This document shows, in pieces, positions 62,800 through 64,000 of a stretch of DNA of 64,000 nucleotides (the stretch's first letter is position 1; each line of letters opens with the position of its first letter). The notes below the pieces were generated by a model. It was not told the DNA's origin and searched no databases. It saw nothing but the letters and a program-made list of their open reading frames with translations. The DNA is taken from the NCBI GenBank assembly GCA_040285855.1, contig JAUFOQ010000002.1:3410001-3474000 (forward strand), read 5' to 3'. The position numbers were made by a program, and so were the translations under genes. This DNA comes from Eukaryota sp. GEM-RC1 (Eukaryota).

Positions 62800-63239
62800 C
62801 TAAATTATTAATAATATATTCAAAGATAAGATTTGCAATGTGTAATTCTCAGCGATCTGATCTTAACAAAACTTATAATCAAATTTCTTGTTCATTCTTT
62901 TTTGACAACTTTCTCAAAATAAGAGAGAAAACAAACGGCATCTTTACCAAATCGACCATAAATTGAAATTGCAAAATGACATCACATCATTACAAACATC
63001 GATAGACATAACATTAGCACAACAACACTACAGTGTACATACATCTCATAATCAATATCCTCAAAGTCCAGATTGCCTATCTGGAAATTCTCACCTACCT
63101 TATCCTCATAATGTCTGCCAAGAGATTATAAAAGCGCTAGATACAGAAGTCACCAAACCTTTAAAGATAGCAAACACAATTGATCTTTCATTATTCTGTT
63201 GTAATTTTTAGACAAAACTGAGGACTGGTCAAACACTTT

Positions 63240-63530
63240 CAGGTATTTCAGACATAGATTCTGAGAAACAATGAGATCAAACGTCAAAAGGTAATTTGAT
63301 CAATACTTCATTTAAGTCAAATAAATATTTACATGAACAGGGTTAGCAAGTGAAATATCATTAGGAAATCGATTAACAAATTCAAAAATGAAATTTGTTT
63401 CCGCCTAAAAAGCAAAAAACTGGACGAAACCAACAGCACAAAAATGAGCAGCAGTAAACAAGTTACTTGTAAGCAACGTTGAATCAACTTCTAACAAAGA
63501 TGCAGAAAAAATGAATCAACAATTAATTAT
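63240..63530 (-). mobile_element. Family D non-LTR fragment
   Basis: Similar to 26530-26700 (TCATTAGGAAATCGATTAACAAAT...; FVNRFPND). Confidence 0.7.
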
Positions 63531-64000
63531 AAATTGTACACTGTAGTGTTGTTGTCAATTAAAGTACTAGTATTCTGCTCAAAAAAAATTAATTTCAAAA
63601 TCTACAAAAATTCAGATAAATTGAGTGAGCAGTAGATCTCAAAATAAATAAAAAATCCTACATGTAGTTTGTTAATACATGTATGCGTAATGAAATTAAC
63701 ATCTTCGATTTGAATCAACAGATTTTCTTCCAAATTGTTGACTACAAATCTCATAATACTCTGAATCGTCTTCCCTTAATACCTTGATGCTGAGATGCTG
63801 GTTCTCTAAATCCAAGAGTTTTGTATCAAATCATCCCTGTTTCATTACTGGCTCGTCAGTAATTCTCCTTGGTTCATTATACCATATCCAACGACGACGT
63901 ACTTCAGGCGGATTCTTGCCCAAGATGAATCACACAGAAGCATGTCAGATTCTGAATGTTTCCAAGTTGGAATCACTGTCAGCACCTACTGTACATGATT

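Overview
AT-rich eukaryotic DNA from a flagellated protist (SPAG16/PF20 and CFAP47 present; standard stop codons; 29-35 nt GT-AG introns). Very compact gene islands (RMND5, SEC20, UTP13, kinesin, CDC73, SPAG16, ELM2-SANT, CFAP47, RFT1, RPL24, NAA10, TAF13-like and others, plus tRNA-Asp and tRNA-Thr) alternate with clusters of decayed transposons. These include several families of RLE-type (CRE-like) non-LTR retrotransposons, two internally deleted hAT elements with perfect 8-bp TSDs, a long-TIR MITE and MULE remnants. Many conserved genes are broken by 1-nt indels in homopolymers, most likely long-read assembly errors. The standout locus is ~47.1-50.7 kb: a Fanzor1-type (eukaryotic TnpB-like, RNA-guided RuvC) gene fused in frame to a PolB-type DEDDy 3'-5' exonuclease domain. 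It is preceded by a Ulp1/SENP-like protease fragment, shows Asn at the RuvC-III catalytic position, and is followed by a GAAA-loop hairpin (candidate omegaRNA). The whole unit interrupts the 3' end of a multicopy retrotransposon whose uninterrupted copies also lie in this window. All family calls come from recognising motifs by eye; no searches were run.
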